Source: Anthoceros angustus
Lineage: Eukaryota; Plantae; Anthocerotophyta
Direction of reading: 5' to 3'
DNA length: 64,000 nt
Assembly: GCA_010909165.1 (NCBI GenBank)
Contig: MU008162.1
Span: 496,001-560,000 of the forward strand
Made by a program: the position numbers and the translations under genes. This document shows positions 40,693 to 54,200 of this stretch, in pieces (position 1 is the stretch's first letter; each line of letters begins with the position of its first letter). The notes under the pieces are model-generated. The model saw only the letters and a list, made by a program, of their open reading frames with translations. It did no database searches and was not told the DNA's origin.

Positions 40693-41901
40693 ATGGGGAA
40701 GAATGAATTTCTTACACCGAAGGCTATCGCCAACAGAATCAAAGCCAAGGGTTTGCAAAAGCTGCGGTGGTACTGCCAGATGTGCCAGAAGCAATGCCGG
40801 GATGAGAATGGTTTCAAGTGTCATTGCATGAGTGAGAGCCACCAGCGACAGATGCAAGTGTTTGGGCAGAACCCTGAACGCTTTATTGATGGCTACTCGC
40901 AGGAGTTTGAGGAATCGTTTATGGAGCATCTGAAGAGGACACACAGGTTCAGCCGCGTAGCAGCGACGGTTGTTTACAACGAGTATATTGCAGACCGTCA
41001 CCATGTCCATATGAATTCTACTCAGTGGACTACGCTCACGGAGTTTGTGAAGTACCTGGGTAGAGTAGGCAAATGCAAGGTGGATGAAACTCCCAAGGGA
41101 TGGTTCATGACGTTTATAGATAGGGAGCCAGAAACTTTGCTCAAGGAGAACCTAAAGAACAAGAAACGGAAGGCCAAACTGCAGGATGAGGAGCGGCAGG
41201 AGAGGGAGATCGAGGAACAGATTGAGAGAGCGGCTAAAGCAGCTAAGCCTAGTGATATGACTGATCAAGAGGATGAGAAAAAGGAGCTTCTTCAAAGAGA
41301 GGAGGGAAATGGTGAGAAGGTGGCTTTCAGTTTAGGGATGCCCTCTGGCTCAAAACCTGCCACTTCGGCTGTCAAGGGAGTGCCTCTGCTGAAGAAGCCA
41401 ACTATATTCAGTGATGATGATGTAAATGGGAGGGAGAAACACGGGGTGAGCAAGGATGAGAGACATGGCCTTGGAAAACCAGATGTTTTGAAAGAATTGA
41501 TGACAGAGCAGGAGAGGTCGAAAGAAAGGAACTCCAGAAGAGATTACTGGCTGTGTGAAGGTATTGTGGTGAAGGTGATGAGCAAATCTGCTGCTGTTCG
41601 GAAATACTACAAGTTGAAGGGGATTGTAAAATCGGTCGAAGCAAAGTATGTGGGAGAGATTAAGATGCTAGACAGTGGAGATGTCCTTAAGGTTGATCAA
41701 AGTGAACTTGAGACAGTCATCCCCAACCTGGGTGGCCTTGTGAAGATTGTCAACGGTGCATACAGGGGGTCAACTGCTAGGCTGGTAGGCATTGACACAT
41801 CCAAGTTCTCTGCCACGGTTCAGATAGAGAAAGGCTCCTATGACGGTCGAGTGATCCCATCGATAGACTATGAGGATATCTGCAAAGTCGCTTCATCATA
41901 G
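40693..41901 (+). CDS. KIN17: KIN17 DNA/RNA-binding protein
   Basis: MGKNEFLTPKAIANRIKAKGLQKLRWYCQMCQKQCRDENGFKCHCMSESHQRQ zinc finger, HVHMNSTQW winged helix, C-terminal KOW region ELETVIP...VNGAYRG. Confidence 0.97.
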   Translation: MGKNEFLTPKAIANRIKAKGLQKLRWYCQMCQKQCRDENGFKCHCMSESHQRQMQVFGQNPERFIDGYSQEFEESFMEHLKRTHRFSRVAATVVYNEYIADRHHVHMNSTQWTTLTEFVKYLGRVGKCKVDETPKGWFMTFIDREPETLLKENLKNKKRKAKLQDEERQEREIEEQIERAAKAAKPSDMTDQEDEKKELLQREEGNGEKVAFSLGMPSGSKPATSAVKGVPLLKKPTIFSDDDVNGREKHGVSKDERHGLGKPDVLKELMTEQERSKERNSRRDYWLCEGIVVKVMSKSAAVRKYYKLKGIVKSVEAKYVGEIKMLDSGDVLKVDQSELETVIPNLGGLVKIVNGAYRGSTARLVGIDTSKFSATVQIEKGSYDGRVIPSIDYEDICKVASS

Positions 41902-42044
41902 AGTTGGCTAACAACCTTACAAGAGCTGGAAAATGTATAAGAGGATGAAGCACGGAGGCACTGGCCGACCAATTCTTTTATCGCTTATTGGCGGGCTGTT
42001 GCTCAAAGACACACGAGAGAGAAGCTGCCTTCTTCCAATGTGCA

Positions 42045-43242
42045 GAATGAATTTCTTACACCGAAGGCTATCGCCAACAGAATCAAAGCCAAGGGTTTGC
42101 AAAAGCTGCGGTGGTACTGCCAGATGTGCCAGAAGCAATGCCGGGATGAGAATGGTTTCAAGTGTCATTGCATGAGTGAGAGCCACCAGCGACAGATGCA
42201 AGTGTTTGGGCAGAACCCTGAACGCTTATTGATGGCTACTGCAGGAGTTTGAGGAATCGTTTATGGAGCATCTGAAGAGGACACACAGGTTCAGCCGCGT
42301 AGCAGCGACGGTTGTTACAACGAGTATATTGCAGACCGTCACCATGTCCATATGAATTCTACTCAGTGGACTACGCTCACGGAGTTTGTGAAGTACCTGG
42401 GTAGAGTAGGCAAATGCAAGGTGGATGAAACTCCCAAGGGATGGTTCATGACGTTTATAGATAGGGAGCCAGAAACTTTGCTCAAGGAGAACCTAAAGAA
42501 CAAGAAACGGAAGGCCAAACTGCAGGATGAGGAGCGGCAGGAGAGGGAGATCGAGGAACAGATTGAGAGAGCGGCTAAAGCAGCTAAGCCTAGTGATATG
42601 ACTGATCAAGAGGATGAGAAAAAGGAGCTTCTTCAAAGAGAGGAGGAAATGGTGAGAAGGTGGCTTTCAGTTTAGGGATGCCCTCTGGCTCAAAACCTGC
42701 CACTTCGGCTGTCAAGGGAGTGCCTCTGCTGAAGAAGCCAACTATATTCAGTGATGATGATGTAAATGGGAGGGAGAAACACGGGGTGAGCAAGGATGAG
42801 AGACATGGCCTTGGAAAACCAGATGTTTTTGAAAGAATTGATGACAGAGCAGGAGAGGTCGAAAGAAAGGAACTCCAGAAGAGATTACTGGCTGTGTGAA
42901 GGTATTGTGGTGAAGGTGATGAGCAAATCTGCTGCTGTTCGGAAATACTACAAGTTGAAGGGGATTGTAAAATCGGTCGAAGCAAAGTATGTGGGAGAGA
43001 TTAAGATGCTAGACAGTGGAGATGTCCTTAAGGTTGATCAAAGTGAACTTGAGACAGTCATCCCCAACCTGGGTGGCCTTGTGAAGATTGTCAACGGTGC
43101 ATACAGGGGGTCAACTGCTAGGCTGGTAGGCATTGACACATCCAAGTTCTCTGCCACGGTTCAGATAGAGAAAGGCTCCTATGACGGTCGAGTGATCCCA
43201 TCGATAGACTATGAGGATATCTGCAAAGTCGCTTCATCATAG
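42045..43242 (+). pseudogene. KIN17: Tandem near-identical KIN17 copy lacking the start codons, with ~5 single-base indels (pseudogene or assembly artefact)
   Basis: Identical to 40700-41901 except ctttatt>cttatt, tactcg>tactg, gtttac>gttac, gagggaa>gaggaa and gttttg>gtttttg. Confidence 0.8.
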
Positions 43243-44569
43243 AGTTGGCTAACAACCTTACAAGAGCTGGAAAATGTATAAGAGGATGAAGCACGGAGGC
43301 ACTGGCCGACCAATTCTTTTATCGTTTATTGGCGGGCTGTTGCTCAAAGACACACGAGAGAGAAGCTGCCTTCTTCCAATGTGCAGAAGTTCTTGTGTAC
43401 CTACACTGTCAAGTGCAAGTGCGAAGACACAGCTGACTTTGCCTTCCTGCTGGCTGGATACTGCTGAGGAGGTTTTGACAAAGGTCTGCCATGCTTGCAG
43501 TCATAAACATGGCATGTCTCATCATATTTCCCATTCCTCTTCACCTAAAAGTTTGATTGTTGTAATATTGCAGAACCTCGTGCTTTTTCAGCATCCTTCT
43601 GCGTATGAGTATTAGAAGCTTAGCTTCTAAATCACACAGGAATTGGACCTATGTATCTAGATCTAAACCACCTCACTGACAAATCTTCAGTGGAAGTCAC
43701 AAACACAACGGTGACAGCTTGCGACGCTGATGCTGGTGCAGGCTGGCACATGCCGCTGTTGCACCTACAGCCAGGCATGCGTTTTGGGCGGTATACGTCA
43801 TCCGGCCGTACACAATGCCTCACAGCAGGGGTACTCAGATGCAGGTGGGTTGGCTGTGGCGGTCTCATTGCACATCGTTTTGCACATGCTCTAACGCTGT
43901 CCATGTCTGTTCCCACCTTCCCCCCTCGCCATTCTCTCGTTTTACTCTCCTCTCCCATGGGTCAGAGGCTCACTCTCACTCAATCACTAGAACTCACTCA
44001 AAAGGAAGCTCAGACTCTCTCAACAGGGGCTCCCCAGATTTATGCATGCATGATGGCTCAAGAGCTAGCTCAGATACGCTTAACAGGGACTGTCCTATTT
44101 TATGAGACACTGTGAACAGGGTTTGTGTGTTTGTTTCATAGTCTTTGTTTTGTCTCGTGCTTTGGTCTGAGGACAGCACTCAGAGTCCTACAGAATTGCA
44201 GGGATTCACAATCCTTTCTAATTCCACTGCTCAATGCAAATCTTCAACGGTAGCTGCAACAGCTGCGACAATTTTGTGCAGCTGGGGCTGCCCTGTTTTT
44301 GATCCAGGACAGCCTCCACAATCACAGACTGCGCATCACCGTAGATACTGAAGACAAAATGCTGCTTGTTAGGAGCTGATATTTGCTGCTGCGCCATCTT
44401 TGACCCAAAATGGCCTTGTAGTTTTGAAAATGTTTCTGGCACATTTTTAAATATGTATATTTAGATAATCAATATAATTATATCAACTAATTTATTATGG
44501 AACCCACCTAGCCTGTCCAAGGATTGGGTGGTGTATCGCCACACACACATACTCTCTGTTTGGGAGGCC

Positions 44570-46492
44570 TTGTCACCAGGCTGTCTGGGAGGTCTTGTCA
44601 CAAGGCTGTCTGGGAGGTCTTGTCACAAGGCTGTCTGGGAGGTCTTGTTACAAGGCTATCTGGGAGGTCTTGTACTTGATGGCTAAGAAGGTCTTGTCAC
44701 AAGGTTGTCCGGAGGTCTTGTACTTGATGGCTAAGGAGAGCTACACATCTAGGAGGTCTTGTTCTCGATGGCTAAGGAGAGCTACACATCAGGAAGGTCT
44801 TATTCTCTATGGCTAAGGAGAGCTACACATATGGAGGTCTTGTTCTCGATGGCTAAGGAGAGGAGAGCTACACGTCTGGAAGGTCTTGTTCTCGAGGGCT
44901 AAGGAGAGCTACACATATGGAGGTCTTGTTCTCATGGCTAAGGAGAGCTACACATCTGAGAGGTCTTGTTCTCGATGGCTAAGGAGAGCTACACATGTGG
45001 GACATCTTTTTTTCGATGGCTAAGGAGAGCTACACATTGGGGAGGTCTTGTTTTCTATGGCTCAGGAGAGCTACACATGACGCTGTCCGGGAGGTCTTGT
45101 TTTCGATGGCTAAGGAGAGCTACACACGATGCCATCCGGGAGGTCTTGTTCTCGATGGCTAAGGAGAGCTACACACGACGCCGTCCGGGAAGTCAAAAGA
45201 GCTACACATCTGGGACGTCTTGTTTTCGATGACTAAGGAGAGCTACACATGTGGGAGGTCTTGTTTTCTATGGCTAAGGAGAGCTACACATGACACTATC
45301 CGGGAGGTCTTGTTTTTGATGGCTAAGGAGAGCTACACACAATGCCATCCGGGAGGTCTTTGTTCTTGATGGCTAAGGAGAGCTACACACAATGCCATCC
45401 GGGAGGTCTACACATGTGGGAGGTCTTGTTTTCTATGGCTAAGGAGAGCTACACATGACACTATCCGGGAGGTCTTGTTTTCGATGGCTAAGGAGAGCTA
45501 CACACAATGCCATTCGGGAGGTCTTTGTTCTTGATGGCTAAGGAGAGCTACACACAATGCCATCCGGGAGGTCTTTGTTCTTGATGGCTAAGGAGAGCTA
45601 CACACAATGCCATCCGGAGGTCTTGTTCTTGATGGCTAAGGAGAGCTACACACGCCGTCCGGAAGTCAAGAGAGCTACACATCCGGACGCCTTGTTTTCG
45701 ATGACTAAGGAGAGCTACACATGTGGGAGGTCTTGTTTTCTATGGCTAAGGAGAGCTACACATGACACTATCCGGGAGGTCTTGTTTTTGATGGCTAAGG
45801 AGAGCTACACACAATGCCATCCGGGAGGTCTTTGTTCTTGATGGCTAAGGAGAGCTACACACAATGCCATCCGGGAGGTCTACACATGTGGGAGGTCTTG
45901 TTTTCTATGGCTAAGGAGAGCTACACATGACACTATCCGGAGGTCTTTGTTCTGATGGCTAAGGAGAGCTACACACAATGCCATTCGGGAGGTCTTTGTT
46001 CTTGATGGCTAAGGAGAGCTACACACAATGCCATCCGGGAGGTCTTTGTTCTTGATGGCTAAGGAGAGCTACACACAATGCCATCCGGGAGGTCTTTGTT
46101 CTTGATGGCTAAGGAGAGCTACACACGACGCCGTCCGGGAAGTCAAGAGAGCTACACACAACGCCATCCAGGAGGTCAAGAGAGCTACACACAACGCCAT
46201 CCGGGAGGTCAAGAGAGCTACACAACGCCGTGCAGGAGGTCAAGAGAGCTACACACAACGCCATCCGGGAGGTCAAGAGAGCTACACACGATACCATCCG
46301 GGAGGTCAAGAGAGCTACACACGATGCCGTCTGGGAGGTCAAGAAAGCTACACACGACGCCATCCATCCAGGAGGGGAAAGCTACACACGACGCCATCCA
46401 TCCAGGAGGTCTTGTTCTCGATAGCTAAGGAGAACTATACACTACATCATCCGGCAGGTCTTGTTCTCGATGGCTAAGGAGAGCTACACACG
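44570..46492. repeat. ~1.9 kb tandem array, 21-52 bp units
   Basis: Core ggaggtcttgttctcgatggctaaggagagctacaca with short related linkers (tgtg, tgacactatcc, caatgccatcc, cgacgccgtcc), plus shorter derivative units at both ends. Confidence 0.95.
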
Positions 46493-46494
46493 AA

Positions 46495-49400
46495 AGATCA
46501 ACATGGACCAACTCTAAGGGCTGAGTAGCCCGGCAGGCAGGTAGAGTAGAGTAAGGTAAGCTACATTGTTTAGCATATATACAAGGTTCACATAACAGTA
46601 GAGTCTATGAAAATGGTGGGAGCTTATCCCTAAATAAATCCTGCCTAGACATCTCTACAAGCTTATCATGATTAATGTGTCCAAGATGAGAATGCCATAA
46701 TAGAGAGTCACCTTTTTGGGAACTCTCTCTGTCGACCGCAGTTGCCATTGCAGAAGCTGGGGTCGAGGAAGCCGTGATCACTGGCGGGGGCGGAGAAGAC
46801 ATAGAGGTCATGCCGCGAACGACCTCTCGCAACCACCAGCCAAGAGCAACAGACCTTGTAAGGAGGCAATCGCCTCTGCCGAACTCCAGCCAGAATGTGT
46901 CATCCTTCACCAATTGTCGAACAGAGATAAGATTTCTCACCATTTGGGGAACATGCATCACGTCGCTTAAGAGAAGAACAGAGCAGTCTTCAAGTGTAAA
47001 TGTAACAATGTCGGTGCCCGCAATTGTAAGGCCAGAGTCTTCGCCGAGAAGAACAAAACGTTGGTCTTTGGCAAGTAGATAATCTGAGAACATATATTGA
47101 TGGCAAGTATAATTGTGCGGAGGCAGCTGAGTCCAGTAGCCAAGAGGTCTTGTGTTCTAAAGCTACCAGGCAGATGGTAAGGGCGATATCTGACTTCTTC
47201 TACTTGGAGGTCGAAGCTGAATTGGCTATCTTGGCGGGACGCCGAGGCTTGCTAGTCTTTTTCTTGCGGCAGTCAAGCTCCCGGTGGCCATGGATCTAAC
47301 ACCAGTTGCAAGTGCCAGACTTGCGGCCAGAACTGCCACGCTTGGAAGTAGAGGGCCCGCGAGAAGGAGCCGGGGCAGTGAAAGGTCGTTGGTCTGATGG
47401 AGGAGAGCGGCGATGCTGCATGGGCTATCGTTGACGACCTTTGATGACGAACATAACACACTCGCCGCCGTGTTTGGAAGTGCCGGTGTTGAATCTTGAA
47501 GCCTCTTCTTGCAAGAGAGCACCAGCAATCTCCGAAATAGAGAGGCTAGGTGTGCGGCCAGTCTTCACCATCTACTGAGCCTCCTGGATGGCGCCGTTCT
47601 AGGAGGACACGAAAGCTTGATAGTTGGCGGGAAGAGAGGCCAACAATTGGACACAAGCTTCAAATTCCAATAAGGAAGTCCCAAGAGGAGCAAGTTGTGC
47701 CCGCAGATAACGAAACTTCCTAACATATGTGCCTATGCTCTCATTATTGGTCATTCAGAGAGAATAAAATTCGTTGCGCACAATTACTAACGTTATAACA
47801 TTAGTGGGTTGAAATATGTCAACAAGCTCCCGCCAAGCTTTAGCAGCAGTTGTGGCTCCGTCAGTGTGATGTAAGGTGACTTCATCAAGGCCTGAAATAA
47901 GTATGTGGAGGGCAAGCCGATCTTATTTGATCCAAGAGTCGAGAGCGGAAGAAGGACTAGTAGGCCATTGTACAGTGCCATCTACAATGCCAAGCAAGTC
48001 GCGAGTGTTGAGTATGGAATGCATACGCTTGGACCATATCTCAAACTTTGTGTCAAAACGGTCTTTTCTTTGAACTCCGGCTGGCATTCATATAATTAAT
48101 ACTAAGTGTCGGTGGCGTCGTCAAAGGAGAGGAAATCGATGCCATGGGTCTGATGATCAAGCTGTGATATTATAATATAAAAGAAGGAACGCTTATTGAA
48201 AGCTATTATTGTAGTCGAGAGGGCTTCAAATATAAGTATATAAGAAAGCTTGATAAGCAGAAGTACAATAAAAACAAAAGTTAAGGTCAAATAGCCCAGT
48301 GAACTATGCTCGAATCGGGAGCATAGATGAGTAACAAGGTCTTTGGCACAGGTGCACCGACTCGGGAGTCTGAAGATGATCCAAAAGATGACGACACTCC
48401 ATTTGGAATAGTTCTTAAGCAGTAGCTTCAAGAAGTTCAAAGGGATGACTCTGAGGAGGCAGATCGTCGGGCAGTCTTGTTCTCGATGGCTAAGGAGAGC
48501 TACGAAGATCAACATGGACCAACTCTAAGAAATTTGAGTAGCCCGGTGTAGAGTAGAGTGAGTAAGCTACATTGTTTAGCATATATACAAGGTTCACATG
48601 TGATTGGGAGTCTGTGAAATGGTGGGAGCTTATCCCTAAATAACTCCTGAGACATCTCTACAAACTTATCATGATTAATGTGTCCAAGATGAGAATGCCA
48701 TAATAGAGAGTCACCTTTGAGACTCTCTCTCACTGGGCCATTCTGGTTTGGGGTCGAGGAAGCCGTGATCAGGGCGGGGCGGAGAGACATAGAGGTCATC
48801 TGTGACCTCTGTAACCACCACCAAACCAGACCTTGTAAGGGGAGGATGTCAACTCCAGCCAGAATGTCGTCCTTCACCAATTGTCGAGCAGGAGATAGAT
48901 TTCACCATTTGGGAACATGCATCACGTCGCTTAAGAGAAGAACGAAGCCGCTTGGTCTTAAATGTAACAATGTTTGCAGTTGCGCAATTGTAAGGCCGTA
49001 GTCTTCGCCGAGAAGAACAAAGCTGGTCTTGGCAAGTAGATAATCCGAGAACATATATTGATGGCAGTATAATTGTGAGGAGGCGGTCCAGTCAGGTAAG
49101 AGGTCTTGTGTTCTAAAGCTACCGAGATGGTAAGGCGTGCTCGGCTTCTCTACTTGGAGGTCGTAATTGGCTATCTTGGCGGACGCCGAGGCTTGCTAGT
49201 CTTTTTCTTGCGGTCAAGCTCCCGTGGCCATGGATCTAACACTCCGAGTTGCAAGTGCGGACTTGCGGCCGGGCTGCCACGCTTAAAGTAGAGGGCCCGC
49301 GAAGGAGCCGGGCGTGAAAGGTCGCTGGTCCGATGGAGGAGAGCGCGGCGTGCATGGGCTATCGTTGACGACCTTTGATGACGAACATAACACACTCGCC

Positions 49401-50540
49401 GCCGTGTTTGGAAGTGCCGGTGTTGAATCTTGAAGCCTCTTCTTGCAAGAGAGCACCAGCAATCTCCGAAATAGAGAGGCTAGGTGTGCGGCCAGTCTTC
49501 ACCATCTACTGAGCCTCCTGGATGGCGCCTGCTCTAGGAGGACACGAAGCTTGATAGTTGGCGGGAAGAGAGGCCAACAATTGGACACAAGCTTCAAATT
49601 CCAATAAGGAAGTCCCAAGAGGAGCAAGTTGTGCCCATGAATGTGGCTTCCCTAACATATGTGCCTATGCTCATTATTGGTCATTCGAGAGAATAAAATT
49701 CAGCATAATTACTAACGTTATAACATTAGTGGGTTGAAATATGTCAACAAGCTCCCGCCAAGCTTTACTTGACGTTATTGGCTCCGTCAGTGTGATGTAA
49801 GGTGACTTCATCAAGGCCTGAAATAAGTATGTGGAGGGCAAGCCGATCTTATTTGATCCAAGAGTCGAGAGCGGAAGAAGGACTAGTAGGCCATTGTACA
49901 GTGCCATCTACAATGCCAAGCAAGTCGCGAGTGTTGAGTATGGAATGCATACGCTTGGACCATATCTCAAACTTTGTGCCGTCAAAACGGTCTTTTTCTT
50001 TGAACTCCGAAGTGGCATTCATATAATTAATACTAAGTGTCGGTGGCGTCGTCAAAGGAGAGGAAATCGATGCCATGGGTCTGATGATCAAGCTGTGATA
50101 TTATAATATAAAAGAAGGAACGCTTATTGAAAGCTATTATTGTAGTCGAGAGGGCTTCAAATATAAGTATATAAGAAAGCTTGATAAGGTATACAATAAA
50201 AACAAAAGTTAAGGTCGAATAATAACAATAGACTATGTGACTTTGGGAGCATAACGGTAACAAGGTCTTTGGTGCACAGGCGATTGCACCGACTCGGAGA
50301 GCTGTTGAAGATGATCCAAAAGATGACGACACTCCATTTGGAATAGTTCTTAAGCAGTAGCTTCAAGAAGTTCAAAGGGATGACTCTGAGGAGGCAGATC
50401 GTCGGGGCAACAAAGGCTCCTGTTTGATGGCGAAAGCTGGAGTAGTTGATAAAACAACCACTGGAGGCTACTTATAAAGAGGCGAAGAGCTCCGAACAGT
50501 GGCAATCGAAGGCTGAACAGGTAGGCCGAGAGATCCAAAA
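46495..50540 (-). mobile_element. Ty1/copia gag-protease-GAG-pre-integrase half, present as two tandem copies (46495-48470, 48470-50400)
   Basis: gag RFDGTKFEIWSKRMHSIL..RDLLGIVDG, protease WLLDSAAS, LSDVMHVPQMVRNLISVRQL, LWHSHLGHIN...CEPCIYAKQ. Ends at LELVHVDL at the repeat array. Confidence 0.88.
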
Positions 50541-50684
50541 AGAGCTGCTAGGTGGTTCCCACCACATACTCCAAAAGCCAATCTTAAACTGTTAAAAGAA
50601 ATGTTTCGAAATGGTGGTTCAAATGCTACACCATCAGTGCCCTAAAAATATTTTTAGGCATTGTTCGCTACGAATGGCGACGCG

Positions 50685-51065
50685 CGTCCGCGCCCGCGCT
50701 GCAACCGCCGCCACGCGGCGCCCGCGCTGCAACCGCCACGCGGCGTCAAGGCTGCAACCGCCACGCGCGCTGCAACCGCCGCCACGCGGCGCCCGCGCTG
50801 CAACCGCCGCCGCCACGCGGCGCCCGCGCTGCAACCGCCGCTACGCGGCGCCCGCGCCGCAACCGCCGCCACGCGCCCGCGCTGCGAATCGCCGCCACGC
50901 GGCGCTCAAGGCTGCAACCGCCGCTACGCGGCGCCCGCGCTGCAACCGCCGCTACGCGGCGCCCGCGCTGCGAATCGCCGCCACGCGCCCGCGCTGCAAC
51001 CGCCGCCACGCGCGTCGGCCAGAACCGCCTAGCCACGCGGCGTCCGCGCTCGCAATCGCCTAGGC
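50685..51065. repeat. GC-rich ~28-bp tandem repeat
   Basis: cgcccgcgctgcaaccgccgccacgcgg variants, about 13 copies. Confidence 0.9.
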
Positions 51066-51252
51066 GTGCGGTGTGCGGAGCTCCTCGGATGTGAAGACTT
51101 GAATTCCAAGAATTCTGTGGGATTTGAGGAGCTGCACTTGAGGGAATCTGGGCGTCAACAGATGATGCCCCACATGAGCAGAAAAAATCAGAGAATTATA
51201 AAACCGTCATTGCGAGATCTGCTGGAAAACTTCTTTGAGATTGTTGGGGATG

Positions 51253-54200
51253 TGTCATGCCGTGTGATACTAATCTCTGCACTTGGGTTTAGTGTGTAAT
51301 TAGCATTAATTAATCTAATTACTTATCTTTAAGTAAGTAATTAGTGTTAATTAATCTAAGGTGCTTATGTTAATTAAGCATTGATTATTGTTAATTAATC
51401 TAAGATGCTTATGTTAATTAAGCATTGATTATTATTAATTAAACATGGTTAGCAATAGCTAAGTGGATAAGCTAAAGTAATATGCTTTGGCATATTCCTT
51501 GCATATTATAGTGTATTCTTAGGATACAATAGCTAAGTGATAAGCTCAAGTAATATGCTTTGGCATATTCCTTGCATATTATACTATTCTTAGGATATTT
51601 CCCATATACGACGCCAATAAGATATCCTAGAATCTGCCAGTCTATATATAGACCCTTCCATTGAGGACAAGCTCGGATCATAGCTTGTCCTCTAGATATG
51701 CAATGCAAGGGTGTTGTGAGGAGGCCAAAGCTATGACCCGAGAGCGATGTGTGAGGAATTTGCGTGTTGTTCCGTGGGGAGGTGTGTTTGTGCCCGCGTG
51801 TGCGAGCTACTCCTCCCGCGTTAAGTCTATGATCTCAAAGTGACACTAGATAGGCCGTGCTAGGCTTAGTGTGATGCTAGGCGGCTATGGTGCTACGCTA
51901 AACAACGCTTGTAAAAGTCACAAACACCTTAGTAATATACGTTGTAAAACGCTCGCAGAGTATTTGTATGCACCAATACGCATAGATACTTAGAGGTTTC
52001 ACTAATCACAATCTAAGTTAGCGTGTGTTAACCTTGATTAAGGGTTTGACCTAGCCACTAACCGCCTAGAGTACATGCCCGACACACTGATCCGGACGAG
52101 CTACCAACCAAAGAAGTCCATCGAGCGAATTCAAGTCCCGACCAAGAGAGAAGTGCTAACACCTCGATTTTGGTACCAAAGGACGGAGGAACCCAAATGA
52201 CACAATCAACAATCTTTGAAGGATCCGTGAGTGGCAACACACACACATGCTACGGACAACTCAACAAGGACAATGAGGAGGACTTGTCTTTGGAGTCGCC
52301 AAGATGGGAGGAGACAAGGATCGAATGGAGTTGTTCACAGACGAGCGGCACCTTGCCACCGGAGGACTTCATCGAGTACGTATGCGGAGATGGAATTGAA
52401 GACCGGATACAGCGATACGGCTTCATCCAAATGCCAAGTACTTGGGGATGAAGCATTGGCGTATCGCGAGCACAAGGCGAGGTTGTTGAGCACATCCGGA
52501 GGACCAGTGAGTAGCGCTCAAGCTCAAGGAACCAAAGACGGAGCAGGGCACCGAGTGGGCACGATCCCATCAAGAGATGTTTGACATCTTCCTACCGGAG
52601 TTTCGCAAGCACGGATGAGAAGATCTCCGAAATGACACACTTCAAGATGAAGTCAGCGAGACCAAGATGGCTTATCAAGAATCGACCGCTGGTACGTGAC
52701 ACCAAGATCATGAGTGACCGACCGGCCGCAGAGAAGTACTTGGTGTGCATTGCCATATACCTGCGCATGAAGGTGCAACAAGCGGTGCACAAAGACGGGG
52801 GCAACACTACACCCTCAAGGAAGTGTACGAGATGGTCGACAAGATAGGGCCCCGACACTTTCTCGGTCAAGTGATTACTCCAAGACAAGTAGGAGTGGTG
52901 GACGACATGACCGACGCGGAGGTCGAGTGGAGGAGCTCGGCGAGACAAGCCAGCCCACATGCCCAAGTGACGAGCCCCTGCGTGAGGTGCCGAGGGACGG
53001 ACCATTCCCCTCATGAGTGCGAGCATGCATTCGGAGGAGTCAAGGGTGAGGAGCCATGCCCTAGTGGGAGGTACGGGCACAATGAAGCGGCATGTTGGGA
53101 GAAGCATCCGAATTGCGGCCTACGGGTTATCGAGCAGCAACCCCGCCAATGCATCTCGCCAACCTCATCCACAAAATCAAGAGCAAAGGCGCCTGTGGAG
53201 GAGGCACCGCCAAGTCCCGTGGACAAAAGAAACGGAAGCATCAAAGAAGACGATGGATGCTACGTGGCACGCCTTGCAAAGCCGGAGAAGTTGGTGCGGA
53301 AGGCTAAGATCAAGGAGAGCAGCTCATCATCGAGGACGAAGAAGATGAGCACAAGCTTGATACATGGCGATCGTGACCGATCCAAGGGCAGGAAGAAACC
53401 TCCGCAGCCTACGAGAGAAGATAGCTCGAGGAAGAAGAGGATGTCTTGACACGGTCACGGAAGACACGGAAGGAAGCTTCGGATCCTCTTCCCGAACCTA
53501 TGCCAAGATGCCAAAGTCGCTTGAGCCATTGCCAACAGGAGCAACTGGGAGCAACATCAAAGTCCAGAGTGGGCGATGTGGAGAAACCCATGCAGATTGT
53601 CGACGAGACGATGGCACAAAAGCTCGGAGATGCCATGTTTCACCTACAAGACATGGGGTTGAGCGTGAAGGAAGTCGTGGGTTTGACTCGGATGTTGACA
53701 ACCCTTGAAGACGAAGCAAGTGTCCAAGATTTGCCACAGTGGCAATGATGTCATTGCCGACCTGAGCCAAGCATCTCGTGGAGAAGCGGAATGTCGCACG
53801 AGTGGGAGTGGCTTTGGTCAACAATCGGAGAGGCACATTGAAATCAATGGATTCGCACCAAGGAGGGTGTTGATTGACACCGAGCACCGGTGATCGTTGG
53901 AAGAAGAGTGAAGGAAGCGCTGGTCTCCACCAAGAAAGGTTGAAGGAAACCAAGTGGAAGATCCGACCGCACCGGGACCATGAGCATGTGTTGGGGTGAC
54001 AAGGTACAAGTCAAGGTTTCATTCAAACCAAGAACAGCAGACTTCACCTTTGTCGAGGTACACCGCTTGGTCACCGATGCGCATACATTTGATGTCTTGG
54101 GAGCGGACGCTTTGTACAAACCTCGAGTCATGGTGGATTTGTGGACGGAGACCTACTATCGACCAGCCGGAGAAGCCGGAGCAAAACCGATGAACGGATT

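Noticed and set aside
43640-44440. ORFs and a small hairpin downstream of KIN17
   Set aside because: No recognisable domain, known miRNA or TAS3 motif.
44700-46492. CRISPR-like array (37-nt constant repeat)
   Set aside because: Linkers are only 4-15 nt, related to one another and reiterated; there are no cas genes and the context is eukaryotic TE.
50611-51063. Ala/Arg/Pro-rich ORFs in several frames
   Set aside because: By-products of the GC-rich tandem repeat.
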